Origin: Heptranchias perlo
Taxonomy: Eukaryota
Direction of reading: 5' to 3'
Length of the DNA: 64,000 nt
Assembly: GCF_035084215.1 (NCBI RefSeq)
Contig: NC_090353.1
Span: 31,868,001 to 31,932,000, forward strand
The notes under the pieces are model-generated. The model had not been told where the DNA came from and searched no databases. It was given only the letters and a program-made list of their open reading frames with translations. Shown here in pieces: positions 50,240 to 62,245 of this stretch. The position numbers and the translations under genes are program-made. How positions within the stretch are numbered: the stretch's first letter is position 1; the number at the start of each line of letters is the position of its first letter.

Positions 50240-50695
50240 CTGAGGGGCTAAAAGGATTAAATTATGAAGACAGGTTGCATAAACTAGGCTTATATTCCCT
50301 CGAGTATGGAAGATTAAGTAGTGATCTAATTGCGGTGTTGAAGGTGATTAAAGGATTTGATTGGGTAGATCGCGAGAAATTATTCCCTCTGGTGGGAAGT
50401 CCAGAACGAGGGGGCATAACCTTAAGATTAGAGCTAGGCCGTTCAGGGGTGATGTCAGGAGCACTTCTTCACACAAAGGCTAGTGGAAATCTGGAGCTCA
50501 CTCCCCCCAAAAAGCTTTTGAACGCTGGGGGTCAATTGAAAATTTCAGAACTGAGATTGATAGATCTTTGTTAGATAAGAGTATTAAGGGTTACGGAACC
50601 AAATCAGGTAGATGGAGTTAAGATACAGATGAGCCATGATCTAAATGAATTGCGGAACAAGATCGAGGGGCTGAATGGCCTACTCCTGTTTCTAT
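50240..50695 (+). mobile_element. CR1 3' fragment
   Basis: LHKLGLYSLEYGRLSSDLIAVLKVIKGFD..REKLFPLV; same subfamily as the 27476 copy and a copy at ~42510-42810. Confidence 0.85.
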
Positions 50696-52932
50696 ATAAT
50701 CGTTACAATGTACAACTCTCTGGAAGTGTAAATTCTTCAGTGAGATGAACATCAGCAGAGAGTGAAAGACCCAACAAAGTGCCTTAACCTTCAACCTCAG
50801 AAAAACACTTCCCATTGCACCACTGTGAATTGTTCTGGTTTCCACCCCAGCTATCCCTTATTGTCTTTGAATGAATCCATTAATTTTGTGCTGAATTATG
50901 TTTTTTTTTTACTGTGGTCTTATTACAGTGCTTAAACTCATTTCATTTAAGGCTGTCACAGCCATCAGAGTAGACGTTCATCCCATCGGTCCGCAAAAGA
51001 TTTGAACTCAGGTCCCAGAGGTAAAAGAACAATGTTCTAAGCCATTGCCTCCTCTCTGCAAAATCAATCCAGTCATTAATTTGCACTAGATTGATAGCAG
51101 TGTATCATTAGATCAATTGGACGCTTTTCAGGTTTGACAAGAGCAGTTTGGGGAGATTTCTCCAGGGTCCTGGTGCCATCCGTAGCAGTGGCCTGCTCTA
51201 AAGTACTCGCTTGCACTGTCGATTAAAGTACAATACTAAATTTTTAAAATTCTTTCAGATTGCATTTGGTGCTGTCCGCAACGTTTCGTAAAGAAAGAAT
51301 TGTCAGGCGCCCCTGCGATCTAGTGAGTAAAAAAAGCATCCAGCATAACATACAGATCAGCAGGTCCCAGATTCAATCTCCAAGGGAGGCAGCTGGGAGC
51401 TCAGTACCACTGGGATACAGAGAACCAGAATCCCACTCGGACCACCCACTTACAGTCGCCATCCAGTGACCCCCTATTGGAACATGAAGACTGTATCGAC
51501 GTTGGACGAGAAGGAAACTGGACTTTAGTGTGATGCTCTCTACAGTCGAAAGGCCTGCTGGCACTCACTGTCTAGGCACCTGATGCTCTTTTCAAGGGTG
51601 GGTTGCTAGCCTAGTAGGCCTGACTATTCCCACTGCCTGACTTAATCAAAATATAACCTTGTATGAACTTTAAGCCTTCTAAGCACTGAATTACATGAAT
51701 AAGTCATGTAAACTATAATGGAAAGGCCATACTCTGGTTTGCTGATATACAGTACCTAATGCTCTTTTGTGATTGCAGTCCAGCTAGCCCATTTTAGTCG
51801 CTTCCTGCTGGCTCAAAGGAGTAAAGGCTTGCCTCTGAGCCAGTACAGAACAGGAAAGTCCCCAGGTTCGATCCCTGGCCTGTGCCGAGTTAGTTGGTCT
51901 CAATGGGGCAGGAGTAAGAATGCTACAACTGGCCTTAGTGCCCCTGAAATAAAGATTAGACAGGGCTCCTGCTCGGTGTCTGACTGGAAGAGCATATACA
52001 TGGGCATCAAGTGAAGTGAGGACCAGGCTCGGGCGTAATGCTCCTCCTCAAGCAGCTTGACACATTCATTGACAAGATGTACAGACAAACAATGGCCACT
52101 TGAGCGAGGTTATATAGTGTGACCTCTGCCACTAGGTGTATGTGTCCCAACGAGGAAGTCAACACCTGCAGGAAGGGGGAGGAGGAAATTGGAGGAGGGG
52201 AAAAACTATACCATAGCACCAGAGTTCTTTACACTGTGGGTGACTCAGTCAGAAATAACAAAAGCAGTAGCCTGGGATGACTCTTTATTACACACTGTGG
52301 TAATAACCTTTTATGCCCTGAATTGGCCAGTGAAAGCATTAGCTTTAAATAACCATGGTAGTTTGGCTTTTTGCCCCCAATCTGAATGTTATACTGCAGG
52401 ATTAGAGCTCTTTGTTTGACTAGGATACCCTGAATCAAGAAGTGTTATATTACTTCTGTTAATGAGCTATAATGTTCATCATCGGAAACACGCAGGAGTT
52501 CATTTTGGGGGCAAATCGAAGATGGATTTTAAAAGCTGTGATAGATATTCCAAACTCAATTCAAGTTCCCTCTAAGCAGTGAGGGCCAGAAGCTGGTAGC
52601 TCAGGGAGTTGCTGGTTAACGTTCACCAGTATAAAGGAGTGGTGCGCCAGGCCTTAATTGGCATTGTTTCAACCAGTAAGATGTCATATTTTAACAATTC
52701 CGAAACCAAACAGCCCCAGAATAAGAGCATGAGAGTAGATGGGGAGAAGGACGGGAGAGGGGGTGGGAAACATGGCTTGACCCTGTGTGTGCTATTTTTA
52801 GTGGACTGCTCCCTGTAGTTGAATAGTCACTTACTTGGGACAGATAACAGAGAGCTAACATTTTTTGAAGAGGAGTGTAGCGGAGATAGGGAGAAAAATT
52901 ATTTTTTAAAAAACCGCTTAAGAAACTTCCAG

Positions 52933-53457
52933 CAGTGTTGTCCGATACATTTAGCCACATGTGGTGAATTGTCAATCTAGATTTGGCTAATTAGATTTCT
53001 GATCAGTAAATAAGAGCCATTGGGCATGTGATCTCAATACTCATATGCTCACCGCATGTGCATGTGAACTTTAACCTTTTTGTGCGTTTGTTGGTAAAAC
53101 TGGAAGATGAAAAGCAGAGTGTGAGAGAGTTTTTTGATCGTTCTGAGAGCATTACTTCCTTGGTTACTGATAAGTAAATATACTCACATGAAGTACATTT
53201 ACCTGCATTGTGTGCGTGTGTGTGTGTAGCTGTTATCTACCAAAATTAGTATATGTGGCTAAAACGGTGTCGCCGTAGCCACACATAGAAACAGGAGTAG
53301 GCCATTCAGCCCTTCGAGTCTGTTCCACCATTCAATTAGAACATGGCCGCTTTGTAACTTAACTCCATCTACCCACCTTGGTTGCCCAACTCTTAATACC
53401 CTTGCCTAACAAAAATCTATCAACCTGTGGCTAGTCAGCAATATCTATTGGACAGCT
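52933..53457. mobile_element. Second copy of the same MITE, with a CR1 tail inserted at ~53285-53424
   Basis: cagtgttgtccgata...gaagtacatttacctgcattgtgtg...ggctaaaacggtgt...ctgtggctagtcagc is the reverse complement of 29533-29915. Confidence 0.72.
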
Positions 53458-54589
53458 CCAAAATATAGACCCAATTCGGGGTGGGAAAGGAGTGGGTAAG
53501 CTCCCCACTCCATTTTAACTGTCACACGCCCATCCCCCCCCCCCCCGCCCCCCCATCCCCCACCCCGGCCTGGTTTCTGCCAGGCGATGGGGAGTTGAAA
53601 TCGAGCCCAATGTGTTTAGGAAGGAAAAACACAGGTGGGAAACTATAGTTATAAGGAGAGACTTGAGATACTGGGAAAGAGTAGGGGAGTGGGACTAATT
53701 GGGTAGCTCTTTCAAAGAGCCAGCATAGGCACTAGGGGCTGAGTGGCCTCCTTCTGTACAGTATGATTCTATGATTCTATTTCCACTGGAGCAGCGAAGC
53801 TAAGAGGAGATTGAATAGATTTACCATAGTGCTTCTAAAGTACTTAATTCGCTATAAAACGCTCTGGAATGCCCTGAGATCATGAAAGGTGCTATATAAA
53901 TGCAAGTTCTTTCTTCAAATGTATTTAAAATTATGAAGGGTTTTAGTAGGGGGAATAGAGGAAGATTGTTTCCTCTGGTTGGGAAGTTAAGGGCTCGGGG
54001 TCATCAACTTAAAATCATCACTAAGAGAATGAGGAGAGAAGTTCGGAGAATTCGCTCTATGCAGGGGGTTGTTGGAGCGTGGAATGGAGTCATTGAGGTA
54101 GAGACCATTGTGTCTTTTAAGGGGAAGAGTAGATAAGCATTAGTAGCAGAGAGTTACGCGAAGAGACCAGGGCCGTAAGGTTAGTTTTGGATATCACGAG
54201 AAAAGAGCCCGCACAGACATGAATGGCCTCCTTCTCTGCTGTAAACTTCCACTGTTAACAAAATTACAATATAGTCAGTAATTAACTATTAAATTACAGT
54301 CTAGCATTAAAAACAGAGGAAAGGCAACATCGATGGGTCGCCATGATAACCAGGACTAAGTGCTGTATGAAGAGATTCTGCATCACCTTTGGGGGAGGCA
54401 GTGACTCACGCTGGGGTACAGTTCCATCGGCACCAGTTACCCTCAGAATCGTGGTGAGCCGAGGCAATGCATCAGCTAGCTTTTCAACCATGAGGGTCAC
54501 TGTGGTCAAGCTCGATCCTGCCACCCCACTCCCTACAGTACATCTGCAAATACACACTAGACAGCAATTGTAAACAGAAAAGAGAGAGG

Positions 54590-55710
54590 GCAGGGGTTAA
54601 AGGAAGTTACTCAGACTGGCAAAAGTGGTGATCCAGAAGGATTGGTGCTGGGACTACTGTTGTTCACCATTTACATAAACGATTTGGATTCGGGAATCGG
54701 AAATACAACTTCAAAATTTGCGCACGACACTAAATTAGGGGATATAGTTAATACCAAGGAGGACTGTGTCAAAATACAGGAAGACATTAATAAACTTGCA
54801 GAATGCAAGCGTAATTGGCAAATGAATTTCAATGTAGATAAGTGCGAGGTATTACATTTTGGTAGGAAGAATAAGGGGACCACATATTGCTTGGATAATA
54901 AGAGTCTAAATGGGGTGGAGGAACTGAGGGATCTGAGAGTACAGATACACAAATCACTAAAAGTAGTGACATAGGTTAATAAGGCCATAAAAAAGCATTG
55001 GGGTGCATTTCCAGAGGGATGGAATTGAAAAGCAGAGAAGTTATGTTAAACTTGTATAGAACCTTGGTTAGACCACACTTGGGAGTGATATGCACAGTTC
55101 TGGACTCCATATTACAGAAAGGATATAGAGAAGCTGGCAAAGGTGTGAAAAAGATTTACCAGGATGATACCAGAACTGAGAGGTTACATCTATCAGGAAA
55201 GACTAAACAGCCTGGGGCTCTTTTCTCTAGAAGTGGAGATGCCGGTGATGGACTGGGGTTGACAATTGTAAACAATTTTACAACACCAAGTTATAGTCCA
55301 GCAATTTTATTTTAAATTCACAAGCTTTCGGAGGCTTCCCCTGAGGGGTGACCTGATAGAGATCTTTAAGATTATGAAAGGGTTTGATATGGAGCAGATA
55401 TTTCCACTTGAGGGGGAGACCAGAAATATAAGATAGTTACTAATAAATCCGATAGGGAATTCAGGAGACACTTCTTTACCCAGAGAGTGGTTAGAATGTG
55501 GAACTCGCTACCACATAGAGTAATTGAGGCAATTAGCATAGATGCATTTAAGGGGAAGCTAGATAAACACATGAGGGAGAAAGGAATAGAAGGATATGGT
55601 GATGTGGTTAGTTGAAGTAGGGAGAGAGGAGGCTCGTGTGGAGCATAAACACCGGCATGGACCTGTTGGGCCGAATGGCCTGTTTCTGTGCTTTACATTC
55701 TATGTAATTA
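54590..55710 (+). mobile_element. CR1 LINE ORF2/3' fragment, degenerate
   Basis: LLFTIYINDLDSG..SKFAHDTKLG and LYRTLVRPHL motifs with frameshifts; contains the Penelope insert. Confidence 0.9.
55233..55339 (-). mobile_element. Penelope pLTR fragment nested in a CR1
   Basis: Near-identical to 8942-9048. CR1 sequence (ttttctctagaa ... ctgaggggtgacctgatagag) continues on both sides. Confidence 0.85.
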
Positions 55711-55899
55711 GGTGAGTGATTTTCACCTACCTAGCCTGCGGATGCTGAGGACAATTGTGACAGCAATTTTGTCCATGTGATCTCCTGGACTGGTTTCAAT
55801 CGGCTGAGGGGGTTAGGGAGGAATTTTACAGAGTATTTTTTCCCTTTTTGGCCCTGTTTTTTTTCTCTGGTACTTTTCCTCTCCCAGGAGAATGCATAG

Positions 55900-57385
55900 T
55901 ATCATAATACAGCACAGAAGGGAGGCCATTCGTCCCATCATGCCTGTGCCGGTTCTCTGAAAGAACTCTCCAATTAGTCCCATTCCCCTGCTCTTTCCCT
56001 ATAGCACTATAAATTTTTTACCTACAAGTATTTATCTAATTCCCTTTTGAAAGTTACTATTGAATCTGCTTCCTCCACCCTTTCAGGCAGTGCATTCCAG
56101 ATCGTTACAACTTGCTATGTAAAAAAATGCTTCCTCGTATTGCCTCTGGCTCTTTTGCCGATCACCTTAAATCTGTGTCCTCCGGTTACCGACCCTTCTG
56201 CCACTGGAAACAGTTTCTCCTTATTTACTCTATCAAAACTGTTCATGATTTTGAACAACTGTATCAAATCTCCCCTTAACCTTCTCTGTTTCAAATGCCT
56301 CCGTGGCCTCGCTCCTCCCTATCTCTGTAACCTCCTCCAGCCCTACAACCCTCTGAGACCTCTGCGCTCCTCCAATTCTTGCCTCTTGCGCATCCCCAGT
56401 TTTAATCACCCCACCATTGGCGGCCGTGCCTTCAGTTGCCTAGGCTTTAAGCTCTGGAATTCCCTCCCTAAAACCTCTCCGCTTCTCCACCTCTCTCTCC
56501 TCCTTTAAGACGCTCCTTAAAACCTACCTCTTTGACCAAACTTTTGGCCACCTGTCCTAATATCTCCTTATGTGGCTTGGTGTCAAATTTCGTTTGATAA
56601 TCGCTCCCATGCAGCGCCTTTGGACATTTTACTACGTTAAAGGTTCTATAGAAATGGAAGTTATTGTTGTTGAAAGGACAACAACCTCACCTTCTCCAGT
56701 CTCTCCATATAACTGAAGTCCTTCATCCTTGGTACCATTCTAATAAATCTCTTCTGCACCCTCTCTAAGGCCTTGACATCATTCCTAAAGTGTGGTGTCC
56801 AGAATTATAGAATCATAGAAAGGGTACAGCACGGAAGGAGGCCATTCGGCCCATCGAGTCCGCGTCGGCTCTATGCAAGAGCAATCCAGCTAGTCCCACT
56901 CCCGCGCCCTGTTCCCGTAGCCCTGCACAGTTTTTCCTTTCAAGTACTTATCCAGTTCCCTTTTGAAGGCCATGATTGAATCTGCCTCTGCCACCCCCTC
57001 GGGCAGTGCATTCCAGATCCTAACCACTTGCTGTGCAAAAAAGTTTCTCATCTCACCTTTGGTTCTTTTGCCAATCACCTTAAATCCATGTCCTCTGGTT
57101 CTTGACCCTTCCGCCAATGGGAACAGTTTCTCTCTATCTATTCTGTCTAGGCCCTCCATGATTTTGAATACCTCTATCAAATCTCCTCGCAACCGTCTCT
57201 GTTACAAGGAGAACAACCCCAGCCTCTCCAGTCTATCCACATAATTAAAGTCCCTCATCCCTGGAATCATTCCAGTGAATCTCTTCTACACCCTCTCTAA
57301 GGCCTTCACATCTTTCCTAAAGTGCGGTGCCCAGAACTGGACACAATACTCCAGCTGAGGCCTAACCAGTGTTTTATAAAGGTTG
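55900..57385 (-). mobile_element. Nested CR1 3' fragments (~55900-56806 and ~56807-57385) with an L2 3' end inserted at ~56291-56672
   Basis: RGDLIEVFKIMEGLDRIDREKLFPL..SRTRGH on the minus strand; L2 motif LQPYNPLRPLRSSNS..IGGRAFS on the plus strand. Confidence 0.88.
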
Positions 57386-57991
57386 GCTGGGTGGGAGGTG
57401 TTTAAGGAAGTGTCTGTTGATAATGCTCCGGCCATCGTAATGTGGGCAGCATGCTTGGTGGACTAGCTGGTCTTTTCCTGCCCATCAGTCTGGTGTGTTC
57501 GTAACCGCAGCAGAGATCAACCAACTCTGCAAGGACTGAGGGTTGAAACTTGGTCTTCCCACTGCACAGCTTAGAAGCACGCTGGGTATTACATTCACTC
57601 CCTGAGCCTCTGGAGAAGCTTGCAGGTGTCAGCGTTACCTACAAACTGTGAGTGCCTCTTTAAAAAAAAATCGAGTGTTACTTATAAAGGTTACAAGCTC
57701 CATTGAATCTTTTCCCAGCAAAACGGAGAACTAGAGAGTTGCTTTCAGAGTCAATTTGCAGTGAATTTCAACCAAACCCGGCAAGCTTGAGGCTTGAGGC
57801 CTCCCGCGACCAACAGGGACTGCAGGGAATGGTGCGTATACTTGGCACAGGGAATAATATTATTTAATTTTATAAGTTTCCTTTGTTTTATGGTTTAATT
57901 CCTTATTAATTGTGCCACGCTAAAAAAAGGGGGCACCTTTGTTTGTTTTTTGTTTGGAGTCTCCTCATGAAAGAAAGACTGATTTGCATTT

Positions 57992-58284
57992 GATGTGGAG
58001 ATGCCGGTGATGGACTGGGGTGGACAAATGTAAGGAGTCTTACAACACCAGGTTATAGTCCAACAGCTTTATTTAAAATCACAAGCTTTCGGAGGCTTCC
58101 TCCTTCGTCAGGTGAGTGTGGGATTCCATAAAGGTACAGCATATATAGTCAGAGAACAATGCCTGGTGATTACAGATAATCTTTCCAACTGCCCGTTATC
58201 AAGGCAATCAAAGGAGTTGAATAGTGTTCAGACAGAGAAACATTACATACAAGACTACTGAATACACAAACGGTCAGAACACAA

Positions 58285-58321
<37 letters not shown>

Positions 58322-58442
58322 TCCGAAAGGCAGAGAAAGAGAGAGAATGACCAGTTGTATTAAAAACAGATAACTTTTTTTTGCTGGTGGGGTTACATGT
58401 AGCGTGACATGAACCCAAGATCCCGGTTGAGGCCGTCCTCAT
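57992..58442 (-). mobile_element. Penelope 3' fragment (end of GIY-YIG ORF, 3' UTR, pLTR with hammerhead motif at 58079-58115)
   Basis: Homologous to 19797-20220 (gaacccaagatcccggttgaggccgtcctcat). It interrupts the tail of a Deu-type SINE. Confidence 0.88.
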
Positions 58443-61400
58443 AGCGCTTTTCATGACTTCAGGACGTCCCAAAGCACTTTACGGCCAATGAAGTATTTTT
58501 TGAAGTGCAGTTGCTGTTGTAATGTAGGAAACGCGGCAGCCAATTTGCGCACAGCAAGCTCCCACAAACAGCAATTTGATAATGACCAGATAATCCGTTT
58601 TAGTGATGTTGGTTGAGGGATAAATATGGGCCAGGTCACCAGGGATAACTCCCCTGCTTTTCTTCAAAATAGCGCCGTTGGATCGCCACCTGAGAGGGCA
58701 GACAGGGCCTCGGTTTAACGTCTCATCTGAAAGACAGCACCTCCAACAATGCAGCACTCCCTCAGTACTGCACTGGAGTGTCAAGCCTAGATTTTACGCT
58801 CAAGTATCTGGAGTGGGACTCGAACTCACAACTCAGAGGTTGCAGTGCTACTCACTGAGTCACAACTGACACAATGAGTTTATTTAGAAAAGCATAAAAA
58901 GAACACTTGTGTTAAAACATTAATATTTAGCAATTTTCTTTTTATGCAATGAAACATTTTAGCCAATTAATGGCAAAAGCAGCCTAGAAGAAGCAGCTGC
59001 GAATAAAAAGTGGGCAAGAAAGGGTTAAAGAGCATAAAACACGTGCACTCTGATTTCTTTTTAAATGTGTCAAGAGAAGGTTTTCAGCCACAGTTTCAAC
59101 ATCTATCGACAGAATAATCTATTTAAAATCTTTCACACCTGATAGCTTTGGAGAGCCATCTCCGGCCAGACATGTTGAGTCTGGCACACTAGAGATAAGA
59201 AATTAATGCCGTCCAGGATTTAACCCACAGATCACAGTCTGTCACAATCAGCAGCTCCGTTAATGACACATCTCCGAGTCGATCAGATGTGAAATTTTTT
59301 GAACTGATTGCTTCAGCTGATCAATACTGCAAACTATACTATAGGCAGCAGTCATTCAAGAAAGAAGGGAAGAATTCGAATTTACACCGTGCCTTATCAC
59401 ATCTCTTGGAAATGCTCCAAATCGTCTCGCATACAGTGAATTGCTTTCTGAAGTATAATCACTGTTGTTGTGCAGTTGAGCGTGGTAACTAGTTTATGCA
59501 CAGCAATGTCCCCCAAACCGCTATGAGATGATTGATTAATCATCGACTTTGGTGGTGTTGGTTGAGAGAAGAATGTTGGCCAGGACACCGAGAGAGACCC
59601 CCCCCCGCCAACTCTTTTTTGAATGGTGCCATGGGGTTGTTAAAATCCACCTGAGCCGTCGGAACAGGCAGATGGGCTCTTGGTTTAATGTGTTTAATCA
59701 AAGGGACATCACCTCAGTCAAAGCCACACTTCATTAACACTGCACTGGAGTGTGAAATATTTTGAACTGATTGCTACAACTGATCAATACTGTAAACTAT
59801 ACTTTGCAGCCCTGCAACCCTCCGAGATCTCTGCGCTCCTCCAATTTTGGCCTCTTGTGCATCCATGATTTTAATTGCTCCATCATTGGCGGCCGTGCCT
59901 TCAGCTGCCCAGGCCCTAAGCTCTGGAATTCCCTCCCTAAACCTCTCTGCCTCTCTACCTCTCTCTCCTCCTTTAAGATGCTCCTTAAAACCTACCTCTT
60001 TGACCAAGCTTTTGGTCACCTGTCCTACTATCTCCTTATGTGGCTCGGTATCAAATTTTGTTTGATAATTGATCCTGTGAAGCACATTGGGATGTTTTAC
60101 TACGTTAAACGCACTATATAAATGCAAGTTGTTTTTGTTATTACCTTAAATCTTGTACTCAAGTCGTGAAGTGGGGTTTGAACTTGCAATCTTCTGGTGC
60201 AAGTGCTACCAATTGAGCCAAGCTGAAGAAAACTGTCCTTAAGATTATACCCAAGCTGCAATGTGGTAGCAAACAAGGGCAGCAGACTGCAAGTTACCTC
60301 ATGGCGTGTCAGTGCATAACCTTTACTAACAGTGCAACTTCGTAACGAAAGGGGCAAAGTTCAACACATTGTTCTCTTTGCTACTCCAATAATAGAGAAA
60401 CAATTTGCCTTCTGCTGTCTGGCAGCTTAACCCCGAGGGGTTTCATTTCGTATGGGAATGAACTCGGTACTCGGCTTGCGAAAAATTCTATGTTGCTAAC
60501 CCAAAAGGGCTAACAACTGAGTTAAAATAGTGCAGGAATTTAAAACAAATGCTTTAAGCCAGTGCACTATCAGAGAAAATGAAACCCCTCAGTGTCAAAG
60601 GTTCCTTTTTTGGCGTCCCTGGGTTAAAGAAGGAGAAAACAATCAGCCAAGGTTGAAAGTGTGTGTATGTTGGGTGAGGACACCACAGCAGGGCTATGGG
60701 GAAAGAGTGGGACTAACTGGATAGCTCTTTAAAAGAGCCGGCACAGGCACAATGGGCCAAATGGCCTCCTTCTGTGCTGCATGATTTTATGACAAGATTG
60801 TGCTCAACTGTCATGCCCTCCATAGCCAAAAAGCTTGATGTCTAGGCCCATGTAAGAAGAATGGGCTCTTGGGGAGCACCGCCCTAGTACCCATGGATTG
60901 GATGGAGAGACGGACAGACAGACAGACTTGCAGATATATTGCGCCTTTCACAATCTCAGGGCATCCCAAAACACTTTAGAGCCGATTAAGTACTTTTTGA
61001 AGTGTTGTGATTAGGGTAGATGATTGCCAAAAGCTGCGTTGTTGGTGCGTAACCCGTACTAAACACATAACTCACCAACTAAAGGAACAAAATTCAGATC
61101 AATAATTCAATTATCATTTCACTATCGCAGAGTGCCTAAAAACATAACACTCATTAAATTGTGTTAAAGAATTTGACAAAAGGCAATATAATTGTAATGT
61201 TTGGGTAGGAGAAGGTCACTGGCTATCCAGTCTACACTTCCAAACCTCCCCATAGCTTCCTTACTGTGATTCTGGAATTAACAGCCCTGATTACCATTTA
61301 CTTACAGGAATTCATCCAGACCTTCTTTGCAAAAAGTTGTTACAGTTTTCTGTTGGCCGGTAATCAGTTTCAGGTCTCCATCATTCTTACTGGAAAAAAA

Positions 61401-61654
61401 AATCCTATTTTATTTTGACTTTAAACTGTGGCCCTTATGTTGTGTCTGAAGCAAGAATTTTCCTGAATCTAATTTCTCCACACCCTTAAAGGCCTCTACT
61501 AGTTTCCCCCTTCCTCATGGTCAAGAAACGCCTAATTCTTTTTTTGTGGTTTTGCTACATATTTAAAATATCCACACCTCTGAATTTAAAGTTCCGGTCT
61601 AATTGTTATGTACACTGATCTCCCCTATCCCGGCTATCGGTTTGTTTGGTTAAA

Positions 61655-61900
61655 AACTTCTGTTTGAAATGCCGGGTCCCCCCCCCCAGCTCATGTTTGC
61701 CCAGTTGCGTTGACCAGACGGGGATGTAGTCTGGGTCAAAAAAAGTTTTTGATGTTGAAACGCAGACACCTCCCACTTCCACCATGTGAACCGAGTCTGC
61801 TCGGGTTACAGACTCTCCTCTATGCCTCATTACCCAATGAATAGCCTTTTTTTACTGCCTCATCGTTAACTTTTCAATTCTCTTAGTAAACTATTTTTTA
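61655..61900 (+). promoter_or_regulatory. Proximal promoter/5' UTR block of WFIKKN1 copy B
   Basis: Inverted homologue of 35780-36005, with CCAAT in tacccaatga. Confidence 0.6.
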
Positions 61901-61984
61901 TTTTTTATTAAGAAAAGTTTTTTTTTTTGGGTGGGGGAAACTTTTTTTTGTTGCTGGATTTAAAACCAAAACCAAAAAAAAAAA

Positions 61985-62245
61985 ATGCTGGTTTTTTTGC
62001 ATGGATGTGTTCATTTCTTAAAGCGCTGCAGAAGTGGATTGGGTTTGATGTTTGTAAGGAAGCCCAGAACAGCCAGAATTCAGCCCAGGACCCTGGTGAT
62101 CGTGTTGGGTTTGTTGAGACTGACTGAAGGCGCCAGTCTCCCCCGAGGAAAGCTCTCTTACCCCGGCGCCTGCCCAAACCAACTCAATCCTAACCTGTGG
62201 GTGGACGCACAGAGCACCTGCGAGAGGGAATGCCACGCCGACGAG
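61985..62245 (+). CDS. WFIKKN1: WFIKKN1 copy B, exon 1 (exon 2 not in the window)
   Basis: MLVFLHGCVH...LLRLTEGASLPRGKLSYPGACPNQLNPNLWVDAQSTCERECHADE, then donor GAG|GTAGAA at 62245/62246. 62 of 87 aligned residues are identical to copy A (hand count). Frame is intact. Confidence 0.88.

Noticed and set aside
29533-53457. Inverted match between 29.5 kb and 53 kb as part of the WFIKKN1 duplication
   Set aside because: Positions are not symmetric (downstream of copy A vs upstream of copy B) and the unit has its own TIRs, so these are independent MITE copies.
61985-62245. Copy B as WFIKKN2 or as a haplotype/assembly duplicate
   Set aside because: It shares promoter and intron sequence with copy A and has WFIKKN1-type residues (CPNQL, TCERE). 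About 29% protein divergence is too much for an allele.
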